Shown in pieces: positions 12,581-25,400 of a DNA stretch of 64,000 nt. The notes beneath the pieces are model-generated. The model saw only the letters and a list, made by a program, of their open reading frames with translations, had not been told where the DNA came from and did not search any database. Numbering within the stretch: position 1 is the first letter of the stretch; the number at the start of each line of letters is the position of its first letter. Origin of the DNA: Amoebophrya sp. A120 (taxonomy: Eukaryota; Protista; Dinoflagellata); contig CAJINV010000015.1 of NCBI GenBank assembly GCA_905178155.1, positions 1,666,538 to 1,730,537 on the forward strand, given 5' to 3'. The translations under genes were made by a program, and so were the position numbers.

Positions 12581-12730
12581 CAGGATTGAAATCGACAAAG
12601 TTGAAATAATCCGTGATGCATAAAATGCAAGGCACGACGTGACTGTCTTGCAGGGAAGATTGCACGCGAGGCCGATTGTCAGCCTGTCTCGGGTTTGGGA
12701 TAGAGCTGCTAAAGTAGCATGACAAAGGAT
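12581..12730 (+). mobile_element. Truncated fragment of a family D introner, near-identical to 16588-16740
   Basis: CAGGATTGAAATCGACAAAGTTGAAATAATC...GTAGCATGACAAAGGAT; no termini; bracketed by a 37-bp direct repeat (12545-12581, 12773-12809). Confidence 0.85.
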
Positions 12731-12766
12731 TTTTTTACCGCCACGGCAGTGCCAAGCCGGTAAAAA

Positions 12767-15121
12767 ACGCCACGGTAGGTGTTAAAAATACGAGGAGGTC
12801 GTGAGAAACTGTCATGTGTATGAACCAAAAGAACCAATACCAATACCAATCTCTGAGTCTTCTATTTTGTGTTTCGAGTATGTGTTTAACTTTAACGTTT
12901 AAATTGTTTCTCGCCAGTGCCAGACCTATGAATCAAGTACACTCCTTTTAATTTTTCCCCATCCCAAAGAGACAAAGACATTTCCAAAAAATAGCGAGGC
13001 GAAACGATGCTCATACTGTAAAGAAATTTTATAGGGCTAATATGCTTTGCCTTTGGCTCTAGCTTTGATTGACAACTCCCGCAGGGTTGAAGCGCGGAAT
13101 GCCGATGGATGTTGTTGATGTTCATTCTTCTACTGCGGGGGGCGGGTTGTATCATCTTCTGCGTAGTGTGGCACAGTCGCAAATAACGAGAGTAGAGTGT
13201 GGCACCTGTTTGGATGCGCCAGAGAGTTGAACTAGTGATGTGAGGAAACACGTCGACGAGGACGAGAAAACCACAATGGAGGAGCGTGAGTACTAGTTCA
13301 TTGCGTCACCTTCAGCTTCTCAGGGTCTTCTAGGGCGGTTCTGGTGGAGAGAACAAACTTTCGTGGTGACAGTTTTTTTAGTGTTTTTCGCAACCAAGGA
13401 AGCTTCCTTTTGACAATGTGTTGCTTCATCGCAGTGAAGAGATAAGTTCGGTGTTCAATTTCAAATCATGTGAAAAATGGCCTCGTCGCGAAATCAAGCC
13501 TACAGTTCTCGGACGGCAGTAAGTGGCACGTTGGAGCGGTTGTAAGTAGCTTCCTTCGAGCGAAGTCATGGAGAAAGGAAGAGAACGAGACCCGCGGAGA
13601 ATGTTGCTTCGCCGAGCACCGCCCTCGCAGGGTCAGATTGATAAGGACGCGCGGGTAGGTGGTCGTGCCTCCAGTTCGAACTCCGATAGATATCCGGGCT
13701 CATCTTCATCGTCTCAGCGTGGTGTCGTACGTCCGCAGGTTTTTCCACAACCATCGGTGCAGCCACTTTTTTCCTCGGCAGCTGCGACTCAACACTGCGA
13801 GAAAAGCTGCAGTACTAGTAGAAGCAGCAAGTCTACTGGCAGGATAAATGTAAATGAAACAAGTGGCACGGTGGAGGAAGTTGTAGACCACTTGTCATCG
13901 ACCGGTAGTAGCAGCAGGGAGAGTGGTTAAAAATACGCCACGGTAGGTGGTTAAAAATACGAGGAGGTTGTGAGAAATTATCATGTGTATGAACCAAAAC
14001 CAATCGAATGTCTGTTGAGTCTTCTATTTTGTGTTTCGAGCAATATGTTTAAATTGTTTATCGGTCTGGCTCTGGCGATAATTGCCAGAGTCAGACCTAC
14101 GAATTAAGTACACTCCTTTTGATTTTTCCCCATCCCAGAAAGACAAAGAGAAAGAGATTTCCAAAAAATAGAGAGGCGAAACGGTGCTCATACTGTAAAG
14201 AAATTTTATACGGTTAATATCCTTTGGCTTTGGGTGTGACAACTCCCGCAGGGTTGACGCGCGGATTCATGCAGACGGATGTTCGTTTTTCTACTGCAGG
14301 GGGCGGGTTGTACTTATTATCTTCTGCGTCGTGGGACGCAATCGCAGATAAAAAACGAGAGCAGGAGAGTGTGACACCCGTTTGGATGCGCCAGAAGGGT
14401 GAGTTTAGTGATGTGGGGAAACACGTCGACAACGAGAAGAACGCAATGGAGGAACGTGAGTACTAGTTGTGCTTGTGTCAGCTTCTCAGGGTCTTGTAGA
14501 GCGGTTCTTCTGGAAAGAACAAATTTTCGTGGTGGCAGGAGTTGTTTTGGTGTTTTTAGTCGCTAAACAACTTTGTGACATTGTGTTTTTGCATATCAGT
14601 GTGATATTAGTTTCGGTGGTCAACATCAAATCATGTGAAAAATGGCGTCGGGTGGAAACAAACCCTGTAGTTCTACTTCGACGGCAATAACCGGCACATC
14701 ATTGGGGCGCTACTAGCCGCTTTGTTCCGTCAAAGGCATGGAGAAAGGAAGAGAGGAACGAGACCCACGGAGGATGATGTTCCAGTTCCTCCGCCACGCA
14801 CCGCCCTCGCAGGGCCAGGTTGACAAGGATGGGTGGGTAGGTGGTCGTGCCCCCAGCTCGAACTCTGCTAGATGTCCGGGCTCATCTTCATCGTCCCAGG
14901 ACGTCGTCGTACGTTGTCCGCGTTGGGAAATTTTTACACAACACACTCCTCCATCAGTGCTATCTTCAGCTAGAGCTACACACGGCGACGAGAACAGAAG
15001 CGGCAGTACCAGTAGAAGCAGCAGGTCAAATTCTACTGGCAGGATAAATGAAAATGGCACGACGGTGGAGCAGGAGGTAGCCCACTTGTCATTGACCGCT
15101 AGTACAAGCAGCGGGAGTGGT
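12767..15121 (+). repeat. Diverged tandem duplication of about 1.17 kb (copy 1 12767-13927, copy 2 13935-15121)
   Basis: Collinear similarity throughout, covering upstream DNA and the first part of the gene at 14738. Confidence 0.9.
13568..13930 (+). pseudogene. Truncated duplicate of the 5' end of the gene at 14738
   Basis: MEKGRERDPRRMLLRRAPPSQGQIDKD vs MEKGREERDPRRMMFQFLRHAPPSQGQVDKD; stops at the duplication junction. Confidence 0.75.
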
Positions 15122-18100
15122 GCCGTATTTGCTTCTCGAGCCTCATCTCGCCGTCGAGGAACAACAAAATCTTCCTCCGGATCGTCAAGCAGCTTAGCCC
15201 TCGCAACTACAAAACTCTTGCGGTTTCTGCTATTCGGCCCCTTGTTGACCACAGTTACAGTAGCTGCGACACGAAACGTGCTTGCATTGGGGAAAGGGAA
15301 ACTAGGCACAAAAACCAAAGTGCCTTCCCCCACACATCAGAAGCACACCCACCTTCACCTGCATCAAAATAGTAGGCACAGAGGACACGACCGCCAAAGT
15401 GGGGGCAGCTCGACGATGACTGTGGCAGCATCTCCTAGTACTACCTCGGAGGCCACGACAGCATCTCTTCTCCAGCGGAGAAAGCATGGGGCAGCAAATA
15501 AGAAAGAATCCGAGCACAAACAGCATCAGCAGAAGATGCAGCACTCTGCAGAAAATCAACAACATCTAACTTCGCAGAAAATCCACCTGCAATTAACCTC
15601 CGAAGCCGAGCTGACCCAAGCAGAAGAGGAACGCGCGGCGATTATGCGCGAGCACCAGGTCAGGCAGCACAAGAAGGAGCATAGAAGTAGTTCTTATGGC
15701 GGCGCAGCCGGTGGGAGTAAAAACCAGAACAGGAAGAAGAGGAAGAGTGAGATGAAAACATCTCCAACATCAAAAGCGCTTCAAGGAACAGAAACGGAGA
15801 GGACAAACGATAAAGTAGCAGAAGCGGAGGCTGGTTCAACCTCTAAGAAGAATTCCCATGAGCAGCTGGAGATGCAGAAGCGGCAGGAGCGCCAAAAGCA
15901 GAGAAGACAAAAGCAGGAGGACGCGAAAAGAGAAATGCTGCAGAAGATGGGGATTACCACTTCTACCACTAGCATGACCGGCGAGCAAGGCAAGAGCGCG
16001 GCCGTTCTCGCGGAAAAGCTTGAAGGGGCAACTGCATCCTCTGAAACACACTTTGCAACTTCTACCTCAGAGACATCGGCGTCGCACCAAGAAAGTGAAG
16101 AATCCAAAAAGGCACTAGTACAAAATAAATCACCCACACAAGTCGTCCTAGCGGAGGCATCGCGAATGAGTCTGGAAACTGCGGTGCAGCAAAATCAGCA
16201 GCTACAGCGAGAGTTCAAGTCCTTCAAACGAGTTAAAGCACAAATCAAAAAACAAAATAGCAGGAAAACCAGCGGTTCGACCGGCGTGGCTCACCCGCAC
16301 ATCAATATGTGCATGACGCTCGTCACCCTCGCCTTCGGTTGTTTCACCTGCGGGAATGACAACGTGCACAATTCGATCGCGAAACTGGACCCGGAGTGCG
16401 TGTTAGAAACCTTGAAACTGGGGTTGATCGGCGAGGTGCCAGAGGCGGGGGGAGTAGTTCCGGACTACTTCGACACCATCCAAACCGCGAAGAAAAAGTA
16501 CCGCTACGCGGTGCAGTTTCGAACGAGGTTACCCTACCAGGACGCGCTGTTGGCGTTTTACCTGAACATCGATCCGTATGGGTGTGTCAGGATTGAAATC
16601 GACAAAGTTGAAATAATCTGTGATGCATAAAATGCAAGGCACGACGTGACTGTCTTGCAGGGATTGCACGTGAGGCCGAAGATTGTGACGAGCCTGTCTC
16701 GGGTTTGGAATAGAGCTGCTAAAGTAGCATGACAAAGGATGCCTCCTTTCGCTCAACAGCATGACAAACTGGATTTCAGTAACGTCGAAATTTGTCGTGC
16801 GCCGCTAGGAAATTGGGCTTCCAACTGGTATCGGTTTTATGCATCACAAATTTTTCACGTTTGTCATTGTCGATTTCAATCCTGACGCTTCCATAGTCCG
16901 TTTTTCCCGAAGGACTCGCAGTTCACCAACTACCCGGTGATTGACAACCGATTTCTGTACAAGCCCGCGATTTTCCCGCACAACCACAGGCAACTGACGT
17001 TTATCCAAGAAAAAAACTGTGTAAGTGTAAATTTGTATTGCAGAAAATGCAAAACTGTTACACTTGTCATGCCGGACATGCATCAGAGGCAATTTTCGTG
17101 CGTGTTTTCACGTTCTAGCTACACATCATGACAGGTTTTCTGTGTCATGCAGGGCAAACTTGTGATGCTATTCCTCCAAGAAGCTTACACTTACAGAGTT
17201 TTTTTCCTGGATAACGTTGTCTGCGATGTCCATGGAAATTTTGTCTCGGGTTTTGACCGAACGCGGCGGGGATTACAAGGACATCCATAACAACAACATC
17301 CGGACGGATTACACCAACCCGGAAAAGACCAGCAACGTGAGCACCGCCGCGTTTCAGCGCGCGGACCGGAGAGATTTGAACGTTACTTACACGTTGGTCA
17401 ACGGGGTCCCAACGCGGAGCTGGCGGTCCCGCGTCGCCACGGTGGACATTTTGTCGCAGAATTCTTTTGAATTCGAAGTTTTGCCGGTGTTGGTGCAAGG
17501 GGATCCAACCGACCCGAACCAGCAGGATGGCGCCAAGCCTCTGTTAGTCGAGCACCCGCACCGGGCGAAGGTGGCCGGCACGGCGGTCACGGCCGCGCCG
17601 ATCGATGAGAAATTAGCGTACGAGACCACGATATCAAATGCAAAAACGTCTGGGTCTGGAATATTGCCGGGTTTGCATGGCCGAGAATGTCTGTAATGCA
17701 CGACCTAGCATCACAGATTTTTTTTTTAGAGGGTTTCCTGATGCCTATTCCGCATGACAAATGCCCTCCCCGCGTAGCTTCAACTAGACTCCTCTCGCTG
17801 ATCAAGCAATACAGATTTTTTTAGAGTCCAAAGTTAGCATCACAAGCTTCAACCTTCCAGACCGAGACACTTTTGCATTTGATGCACGAAGATAGTCCCG
17901 ATTGACACGGTGACAAACTGGAATGCGGCGATTTTAGACTACCTTGAACTGGCAACCCCGATCAACAAGCAGCAAGAATACAGTTACAACACGCTTAGGA
18001 AGCAGTTTTCCTTCTACCCCGCTGCGCAGCACAGCAAAATGATGCACGCGCTGCACGAGAACTACCACCGCAGGCTGGAGATCCAGCGGGAGCGGCTGTA

Positions 18101-19305
18101 CAATTTCCACCAGTACAACGTCTCAATTAACGCAAGTACCGTCCGCTCCTACTTTGACGTGACCAACGCCACGACGTTGAACGACACTTCCCTCGCGGCG
18201 AAGCAAAATCGCGGGATGCAGTACCTGTACAAGTTCCACGAGGGGTATGGAACTGTCAGGATCGAAATCGACAAAGTTGAAATGATTTGCCATGCATAAA
18301 ATACAAGGCACGAAGTGCCTGTCTTGCCGGGATGGCAAGTGAGGCAGATTCATTGTGACCCTATTCAGGGTTTGGGATAGAGCTGCTAAAGGAACATGAC
18401 AAAAGCAGTCTTCTGTGCCCAAACAGCATGACAAATTGGATTCCGATGCTCCAAAAATTTCTCATGCGCCGCTTGAAAATTGGGCTTCCAACTGGTATTC
18501 ATTTTATGCATGGCAAATCATTTCAACTTTGTCGATTTCAATCCTGACGCTTCCATAAGGGGTCCGGGTGGGCCGCGGATCCGGTGTTTCAAAATCCGGA
18601 CAACCCCTTTGCGGGGTGGGACAGCGAAATCGAGAAGAAAAAAGAACGTTTGGAAACCTGCTGGGGGAAATGGTGGGCGGACAGCAGTTATGCATTGCAA
18701 AAGCATCGTACTAGTATGAATTGCATTACAAATTGACTTAGCATTGCAAATTGAACTTGTAATGCATGAATGCAATCACAATCACTCAAAACGAGTACGA
18801 TGCTTTTGCTGTGGACAGCAGCTACAAGTACGACGGCACAAACTTCACGAAGCACGACATCATGATGATCCAGCCGTCGACCCAGAAATTGATCCCGACG
18901 AAGATCACTTTGGGGAATCAATTCGGAACCGAGTTGTTAAAAACGACCGATGAACACCCCGAGCTAATGACGAGCAACGTTTCCTACAAAATCTGCGACC
19001 TCTCCACGAACCCGGGCTGCGGCCGGGCGGGGGCGTTTTATCTCGATCCGAGCGGTGCGCCGTTTGACTACACAGATGGGAACACTTTTGCCTATTACGT
19101 GGACAAGATTTTACGCATCGGATTGCCGGCGTCGGTCACGAGGATTACGGAGGAGGAGGATTCGGCGGAGTCGGGGCATTTTCACGACGATACGGTCATC
19201 GACATGAACAAGTACAAGAACCAAGCTGGCGAGTTCAACGACCTGCGCTACAAAAAACTGAATCACCACGTGTACGACGACTATTTTGACGATACGAAGC
19301 CGTAG
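14738..19305 (+). CDS. Large hypothetical protein (low-complexity N-half with a hydrophobic segment, globular C-half); 5 introners
   Basis: Frame restored at junctions: LNIDPFFPKDSQF; QLTLSAMSME; ADSSYKYDG; ends DDTKP*. Confidence 0.8.
16577..16895. mobile_element. Introner family D
   Basis: TATGGGTGTGTCAGGATTGAAATCGACA...TGTCGATTTCAATCCTGACGCTTCCATA; DR ATCCG/GTCCG. Confidence 0.93.
17002..17213. mobile_element. Introner family F
   Basis: TATCCAAGAAAAAAACTGTGTAAGTGTAA...TTACACTTACAGAG(T)nCCTGGATA; DR ACGTT. Confidence 0.93.
17632..17884. mobile_element. Introner family B
   Basis: TATCAAATGCAAAA...TTTTGCATTTGATG; DR CACGA. Confidence 0.92.
18246..18557. mobile_element. Introner family D
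   Basis: Long TIR; DR AGGGG. Confidence 0.93.
18689..18817. mobile_element. Introner family A (short)
   Basis: TATGCATTGCAAAAGCATCGTACT...AGTACGATGCTTTTGCTGTGGACA; DR GCAGT/GCAGC. Confidence 0.88.
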
Positions 19306-20309
19306 AGACAGGATAGCGTTGGGAAAAGAACATGAGGGTAATTTTGGGCGGTTGATGCAGGAACGGTTTTTCTCCACTTGCTTCATCTACAACCCTGCAA
19401 ATTCTATGGCGTTGTTTGAAAATGAAAGGATGAGAAAGGGGGCGCGGTAAGGTAGTGGATAGAAAAATTTTATGCACATTATGAGTCGGGAATGCACATG
19501 TATAGACGAAAAGGAATTTTATCGATGGACTTTTTTCAATTTACATGATGGTAATGAGATGCGGTTTTTGATGACCTGCAACAAAAAGACAAAGGTTAAG
19601 GTTTAGCATAGCTGAAGAGCATCCGAAGTTCCGAGAACACCTCTAGGGAGCACGTTCTATCGGACCATAATGGGTATTATTAACACAAGAAAACTTAAAC
19701 TGATAGCAACTGAATCAACTTTTAAGAATTTTACCTTGAGAATACAAACAACACTCTTTTACTGTCCGGTAAAGAAAGAGGAAAGTCGCCCCATGATGCG
19801 GCTCGCGGATTGTATAAAATCGAAACATTTCAACATGGGAATCAACCAAACAACATGCTGCAATAATTATCGCGAAAAAGGTAGGTGAGTCCTCGCGGGT
19901 AATGCATTCCCTATTGCCGCGACAGCACCCACATATGGGCGGCGCTATTGGTGACGATGGAAGATGAAAAGATTAGAGTTCACCTAGAACAAACTGCCGG
20001 GGTCCGAATCGGGATCCCTGTCCCCAGGTCGTCCGATGAAGGTTTGGTTGCTTAAATGGTGCTCAATTGTTTATTGCCGCTCGGTCCTCTTCAACATCGG
20101 TGCTCGGTAGAGGAATCTTTCGGCCTGCCTGGCTGCAGTTCATCTTGTTTTTCACGATGTTTGTCGGATCAGACTGCAGTACGACGGGCCATCTGAGTAT
20201 TTGTTTCATCTCAGCTCAAAGATCACAGTATCGGTATCCTTGCCATGATCCTGGAAACTTGAGCACACATCATCTACGTGAGCTTGGATAGCTTTGCGGC
20301 TGTTCGAAG

Positions 20310-21829
20310 ATGATCAACACTGCCCCCTTGTCGTTACCACCGGTTGTCGGGGAGGACGTGCCCGTGGCTGCGCCTGCACCATCTCAGGAACATGCGAAAT
20401 CAAATGCAAACAAGAACGGTGAGACCTCCGACGACCAGGAAGCTGCTGCAGACAAGCTTCACGAGGAAGCACTGCAGAGGCTGTCTGCGAACGATCCAGC
20501 TGGGGCAGCTCTGTTGTTGGAAAAACACCTGGAGCTCCAGTTGGCGACTTGTCAAGATACGGTGAAGAATGGTGAGAATAAAGGAAGCACCGATGATGTC
20601 GGGAATAAAAATGACCGGAGAAAAAACACCGCGCAGTCCGCTTTCATCCTCGGCATGCTGCATTTACAGCACGTGAAAAACTACTCCTCCGCGGTGAAGC
20701 ATTTGAGAATCGCACTACAGATTCGAGAAAAACCCGAGGTCTGCGGAGAATACCATCCCTCGACGCTGGTCACGGTGGGGGCGCTGGCGGAGGTAAAATT
20801 TGCTTCGTTGATGTTGATTCAAAAGTGACCAAATTTTGTCATGCAATAGTACGGCAAACGCAAAAAAGTGGCAAATGAAAAATCATGCCTGTAGATCGTT
20901 CGATCCAATAGGCTAGTCCTTTGCTTTTCGATTTTTCCAAGTGGAGATCCAAAAAATTCACGCATGAACTACAGGCCCTCGAAGCCAACAACGCCCTGGA
21001 GGAAGCCGAATCCTGCTACAAAAGGGCGGTCAGCGGGGCGTTGAAGGTGCTCGGTGAAGCGCATGAGAACACGGGGTTTGCCTACATGAAATTGGGCTGG
21101 GTGCAATACAAGCAAGCACTCGCGAGCCACGCTCGCATGAAGGATAGCGAAGATGTTGCTGACCCAGCACAACAACTACGACGCCTTGCCGCGTTAGAAG
21201 ATACCTTTCTCGCTGCTTTGAACAGTTTCGAGAGCTGTTACAGCAAGACAAACTTCAGCAACATCACAAACGTCGAGGAACACGGCGGGGATCATAACGG
21301 CCATAAGCATGACCGTGCTTACGGTTCTTGTGTAGTCAGTGAGGAGAATCAGTTGACTCTGTTGAAGTGCATGAACCAGTGCTGCGCGGTCTCGCTTTCA
21401 TCTCTTGCGCGGCCTGGATTCCGCCCTGGTCTGAACGATCCGGTACCGTTCTCCCGGTTGCAGAAGAAGTTGCAGATGCTGTTCGAAGACGAGAATCTCT
21501 TTCCTCCGGGAGAGCAAACAAACGAAAACGAGCAAGAGGGAATTCAAGATTGCGAGCAGAAGGAGGTGATCGAGGCAGAAGATCCGACCCAGGCAGGAGG
21601 ACCGCTTGTACAGCAAGAACGTAAAAAGCTACAAAGCCAAATCTGCCACAGAATCGAGGAACTCCGGAAGAGCATGCAGAAGAAAGAGGACCAGGCACGG
21701 CTGCAGGCAGCTAGGTTGCAGAATGTTGGACTGATGAAGAAAATGAATCCGGTGACGCAGCAGACGATGGGCAGCGGTGGCGGCGGTGGTGGTGGGGACA
21801 ACAAGATGAATTCGCTTGGGGGGTCCTGA
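20310..21829 (+). CDS. TPR-repeat protein (kinesin light chain-type TPRs); one GT-AG intron 20793-20974
   Basis: AVKHLRIALQIREK..GEYHPSTL..LAE|ALE...EEAESCYKRA..GALKVLGEAHENT. Confidence 0.85.
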
Positions 21830-22431
21830 TTGGCGGTGGAATTCAATTCACCGCTGAGCCTGAAGAACTGCTCTTGTGCCAGGATAATGCGAACAGAAGG
21901 CGGGGGTCGTGTATGAGCGAGACTGAAGACGAGGTTGCTGCGACAACATGGCTTCTTGCGTAGAAGATGTTCAGGCAAGTAAAAAAGTCCGTACATTCAT
22001 CCAGCAGCAGCAGCAAGCATGATGTCCTGACTGTTCTTTTCAGCACCATGTGCATGAAAAAATCATGTTCTCTTGGTTGCGCTTGCGGGACGAGCGGGGA
22101 TCGGGGCAAAAACTCACTGTTCGAGTCACTGATGAAATGAGGGAATTGAGTCTCATCATCCCCTCTCCTTCTGAGGGTACTGTACTACGAAAGTCGTGTC
22201 AAGGAAGCTGCGGCAATAGCGTTAGCTTTTTCGTACGTTGGAGAGTTTATTATTATTTGCTCCTCTGGTTGTTGAGTAGAGAGTTGATTCCCGGCCGCAT
22301 TGCTTGATGTGAGTCACTCACGCTCTTTCTGCGTGGCGATTTCGTCCGCACGCTCTGCAGTTCTCTCATCCAGCACGAAGACGGCCACAGTTCTTGCACA
22401 GATGAACTTGAACATGTAGGAAAAAGTCAAA

Positions 22432-25400
22432 ATGGACGCTGCGCGCCAGCTAATCGCCCGCGAGCTGCAACAGCTCTTGCAGCAAACCGCAGCCTCTTCC
22501 AGCAGCTTTATCAACTGTAAAAATGTCTGGGTCTGGAAGAGTGCCAGACTTGTCATGCAGGTTTTCCATGCCCCATGAGGTCTGGCATGTAGGACATAGC
22601 ATGACAGATTCTGTGCGAGTTCCATCATGCCTATCCTGCATGAGAAATTGCCTCTTGAGTAGGTCAAAAGTGGACAGCTTTTGGTAAGCATGCAACACAG
22701 ATTTTTGCATGCTTCAGATTTAGCATGACAAATTGCATTCTTCCAGACCCAGACATTTTTACATTTCATAAGCTTACAAAACCAACAAAACTACCTACTC
22801 CCAAATTACGAGCAGCAAAACACTCTCCCCGCTTTAGCCGAACTCTCTAGTGACCCGGAGTTTCAGCTGAAGCTGCAAAAATGCTTGCAGATCACAACCA
22901 ACACGGTGGATGAGCTCGTGGACAACCACGGGTTCTTGTCCGATCTGTTGCTGTTAGTGATCAAAAGTTTGAAGACGCTCCACGACGCGGCCGCTGGGAC
23001 GAACTACAGTACTATGCCGTCAACAATGTTGTCGCCGGGTTCCAAAACGACCGCGAAAATGCTGTACCTGTCCCTGTTCAACATCCTCGCAACCACTTTC
23101 CAGTCGTTCATTGGCCCCGCGTTTTCCACGCACGCCACCATTGTGAATCTGCTGTCCGCTGCCGGGGAGAAGTTGAACCATCGCACGGTGGAAATCATGG
23201 CGTTCGACGCGAAATCGGGGCGGTTTTGCGTCAAGGTTGAGAAGGGGGATGTGGATAAAAAACAGTGGAAGCGGATAAAACCGGAGAATTTGGTGATGCT
23301 GAAGTCGGACTCGAAAGATACAGTTACCCGACAGCTTGAAGGTGGCGCAGCAGGAGACCATCTTCAAGACGGCTTTGCAAGTACTTCAAAAAACAGTAGG
23401 TAATGTTTTTCGACGAACGTTTGACTTTGCGTTTTTCATGTACTGTTTTTCTACTTTCTTCTTCAGTTGATAGTGATAGTCGCGGCGTCTGATGACACGG
23501 TGGTCATGGACCTCCATGTTTTTTAGCTGCCCACACGTCGCTTCTGCCACCCAGTACTATGTAGAGCACAATCAAAACTTCACAGGTACTACTTCCCCTC
23601 CCCCGACCCAAGTGCACATGCGCAATCTGATGGCCGTAAATTGTCTGGAGTCCGTGTCTATCCTGTGCAAAAGTATCGTACTCGTACTAGTTGCAGGCAT
23701 GCATTACAAATTTCCAACCCAAGGCAAAACAGCATGACAAATTCCATTTCTCATGCTGGGCTAATTTGTATTGCAATTACTACTAGTACGAATACTTATG
23801 CAATTCATAGTGTCCGAAATTTTCGACTACCTGGTTACCGATTTCCTGTTAGGCCAAGAAGACGGGCTTAGCCAGCAGGTTTGCTTCGCGATGTACCGGG
23901 CAGTTCTGTTCACAACCGCATCCGCGACGGCCGGAGCTGCTGGTGGGTTATGGATTGCAAAAGCATCGTACTCGCATAAATGCATTACAAATTTTCTCAG
24001 CGTGAGAAATAAAATTTGTAATGCGGATTGGACTTAACAAAAAGATTAAGATTTGTGATGCATGATTGCAATACGAATGCGATGCTTTTGCACAGGATAT
24101 AGGTCGACGACCTCCACCGCAGCGAACAAAATGTCATCCACTGACTTATTCGAACTGTGCAACAACAGCGTCCCGGTCTTGATTTCCTTCGCCAGGAACG
24201 TTTTGTCCGCTGGAAACGAATTTGCGCAGAAACAAAGCACCAGTGCAATAAATCACCACTACCATCCCCAACAGATGCTCCACCTCTCCATTCTGCACCC
24301 CATCGCGCACTGCCTCTGGACGGACAACTACGTTCTACTAGCGGCTGCGGGGGTTGCCGGCGGGATAGATTCCGACTACGAGAATGACGCGATTTCGAAT
24401 GCGGCGCAACAGCATCAGTTGAAAAAACTCGACGATCTCCCGATCGACCACGTGGAAAGGTTTCATGCCGAGCTCGCCATGGCCTTCGTCGACGCGGATT
24501 TTTTGCCGTTAGTGATCCAGATCGTCAATTTATGACAGGGCACAACTCCTACTTCTCCTCCTCATTTGCATGGCATAAACAGCAATACAAGCATCGGGAA
24601 GAACGCAGGTTTTGCATGACAGATTTATCCAGGGGTTTTTTCGTAGTTGGGACTGTGTCATAGTAGGATGATTTACCGCTTTTTTACTTTTCTTTTCTCC
24701 CTTGACGCTAGTGTTTAGGTTTGCACACAACGTTATCCCTACCCAGATAGCAACAAATGCTCACGCCGCAGCCGTCCCAGGAGCTTTTATTTTGTTGTTG
24801 TCTCTCGGTAGTGATCACTTTGTCCAAACTTATTCTACCTAGAGTTTGTCGAGTAAGTGGCTACCGTTTTAAGGTTTAGAGAACGACAGGGACGCCCAGC
24901 CCTTTTTAGCTTCCCAACATGACAGATTTACCCAGGACTGTATTGGTGTTTGAGCTGTCAGAATCTGTCATGCAAAAAGTGCCAACAAGAGGCAAAGGGT
25001 GGACTTGGTATTTTGCATGACAAACGAGGAGGAGGTGGAGTTGTGCACTGTCATAAAATTCTACCGCCCAAACCGTGAATTCCACCTTCGGCGGGAAAGG
25101 CGGCGCTTACGAGAGCAGTCAAAAGTCCAAAATCACTGTGCAGGTCTTAATATCCTGTGCAAAAGTATCGCACTCGTAGTAATTGCAGTTATGCAATACA
25201 AATCTTTTTCCTAAGGCTAATCCGCATTACAAATTCCATTCCTAATGCTGCGGAAATTTGTATATGCAATTTATACTAGAACTAGTACGATACTTTTGCA
25301 ATGCATACTTAACCGCAGGCGGATCCATTCTCGGCTTTTTGGCCCGGAGATCCGTCCACGATCTGACGATTCGGCGGCATCTACAGCTCCACGGTAGGCA

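Noticed and set aside
16576-16896. GT-AG splicing as a general explanation, since G|TAT and ATA|G give GT and AG here
   Set aside because: Occurs only when the DR happens to end or start with G; many elements (DRs such as CAGGA, CTTAA, CACTT) offer neither, and using both here would leave 3 extra nt
22314-22769. Recurrent ORF peptides such as CKNVWVWK, FQTQTFLHLI, LCKSIVLV, RIEIDKVEII
   Set aside because: They are translations of introner TIRs in various frames, not a protein family
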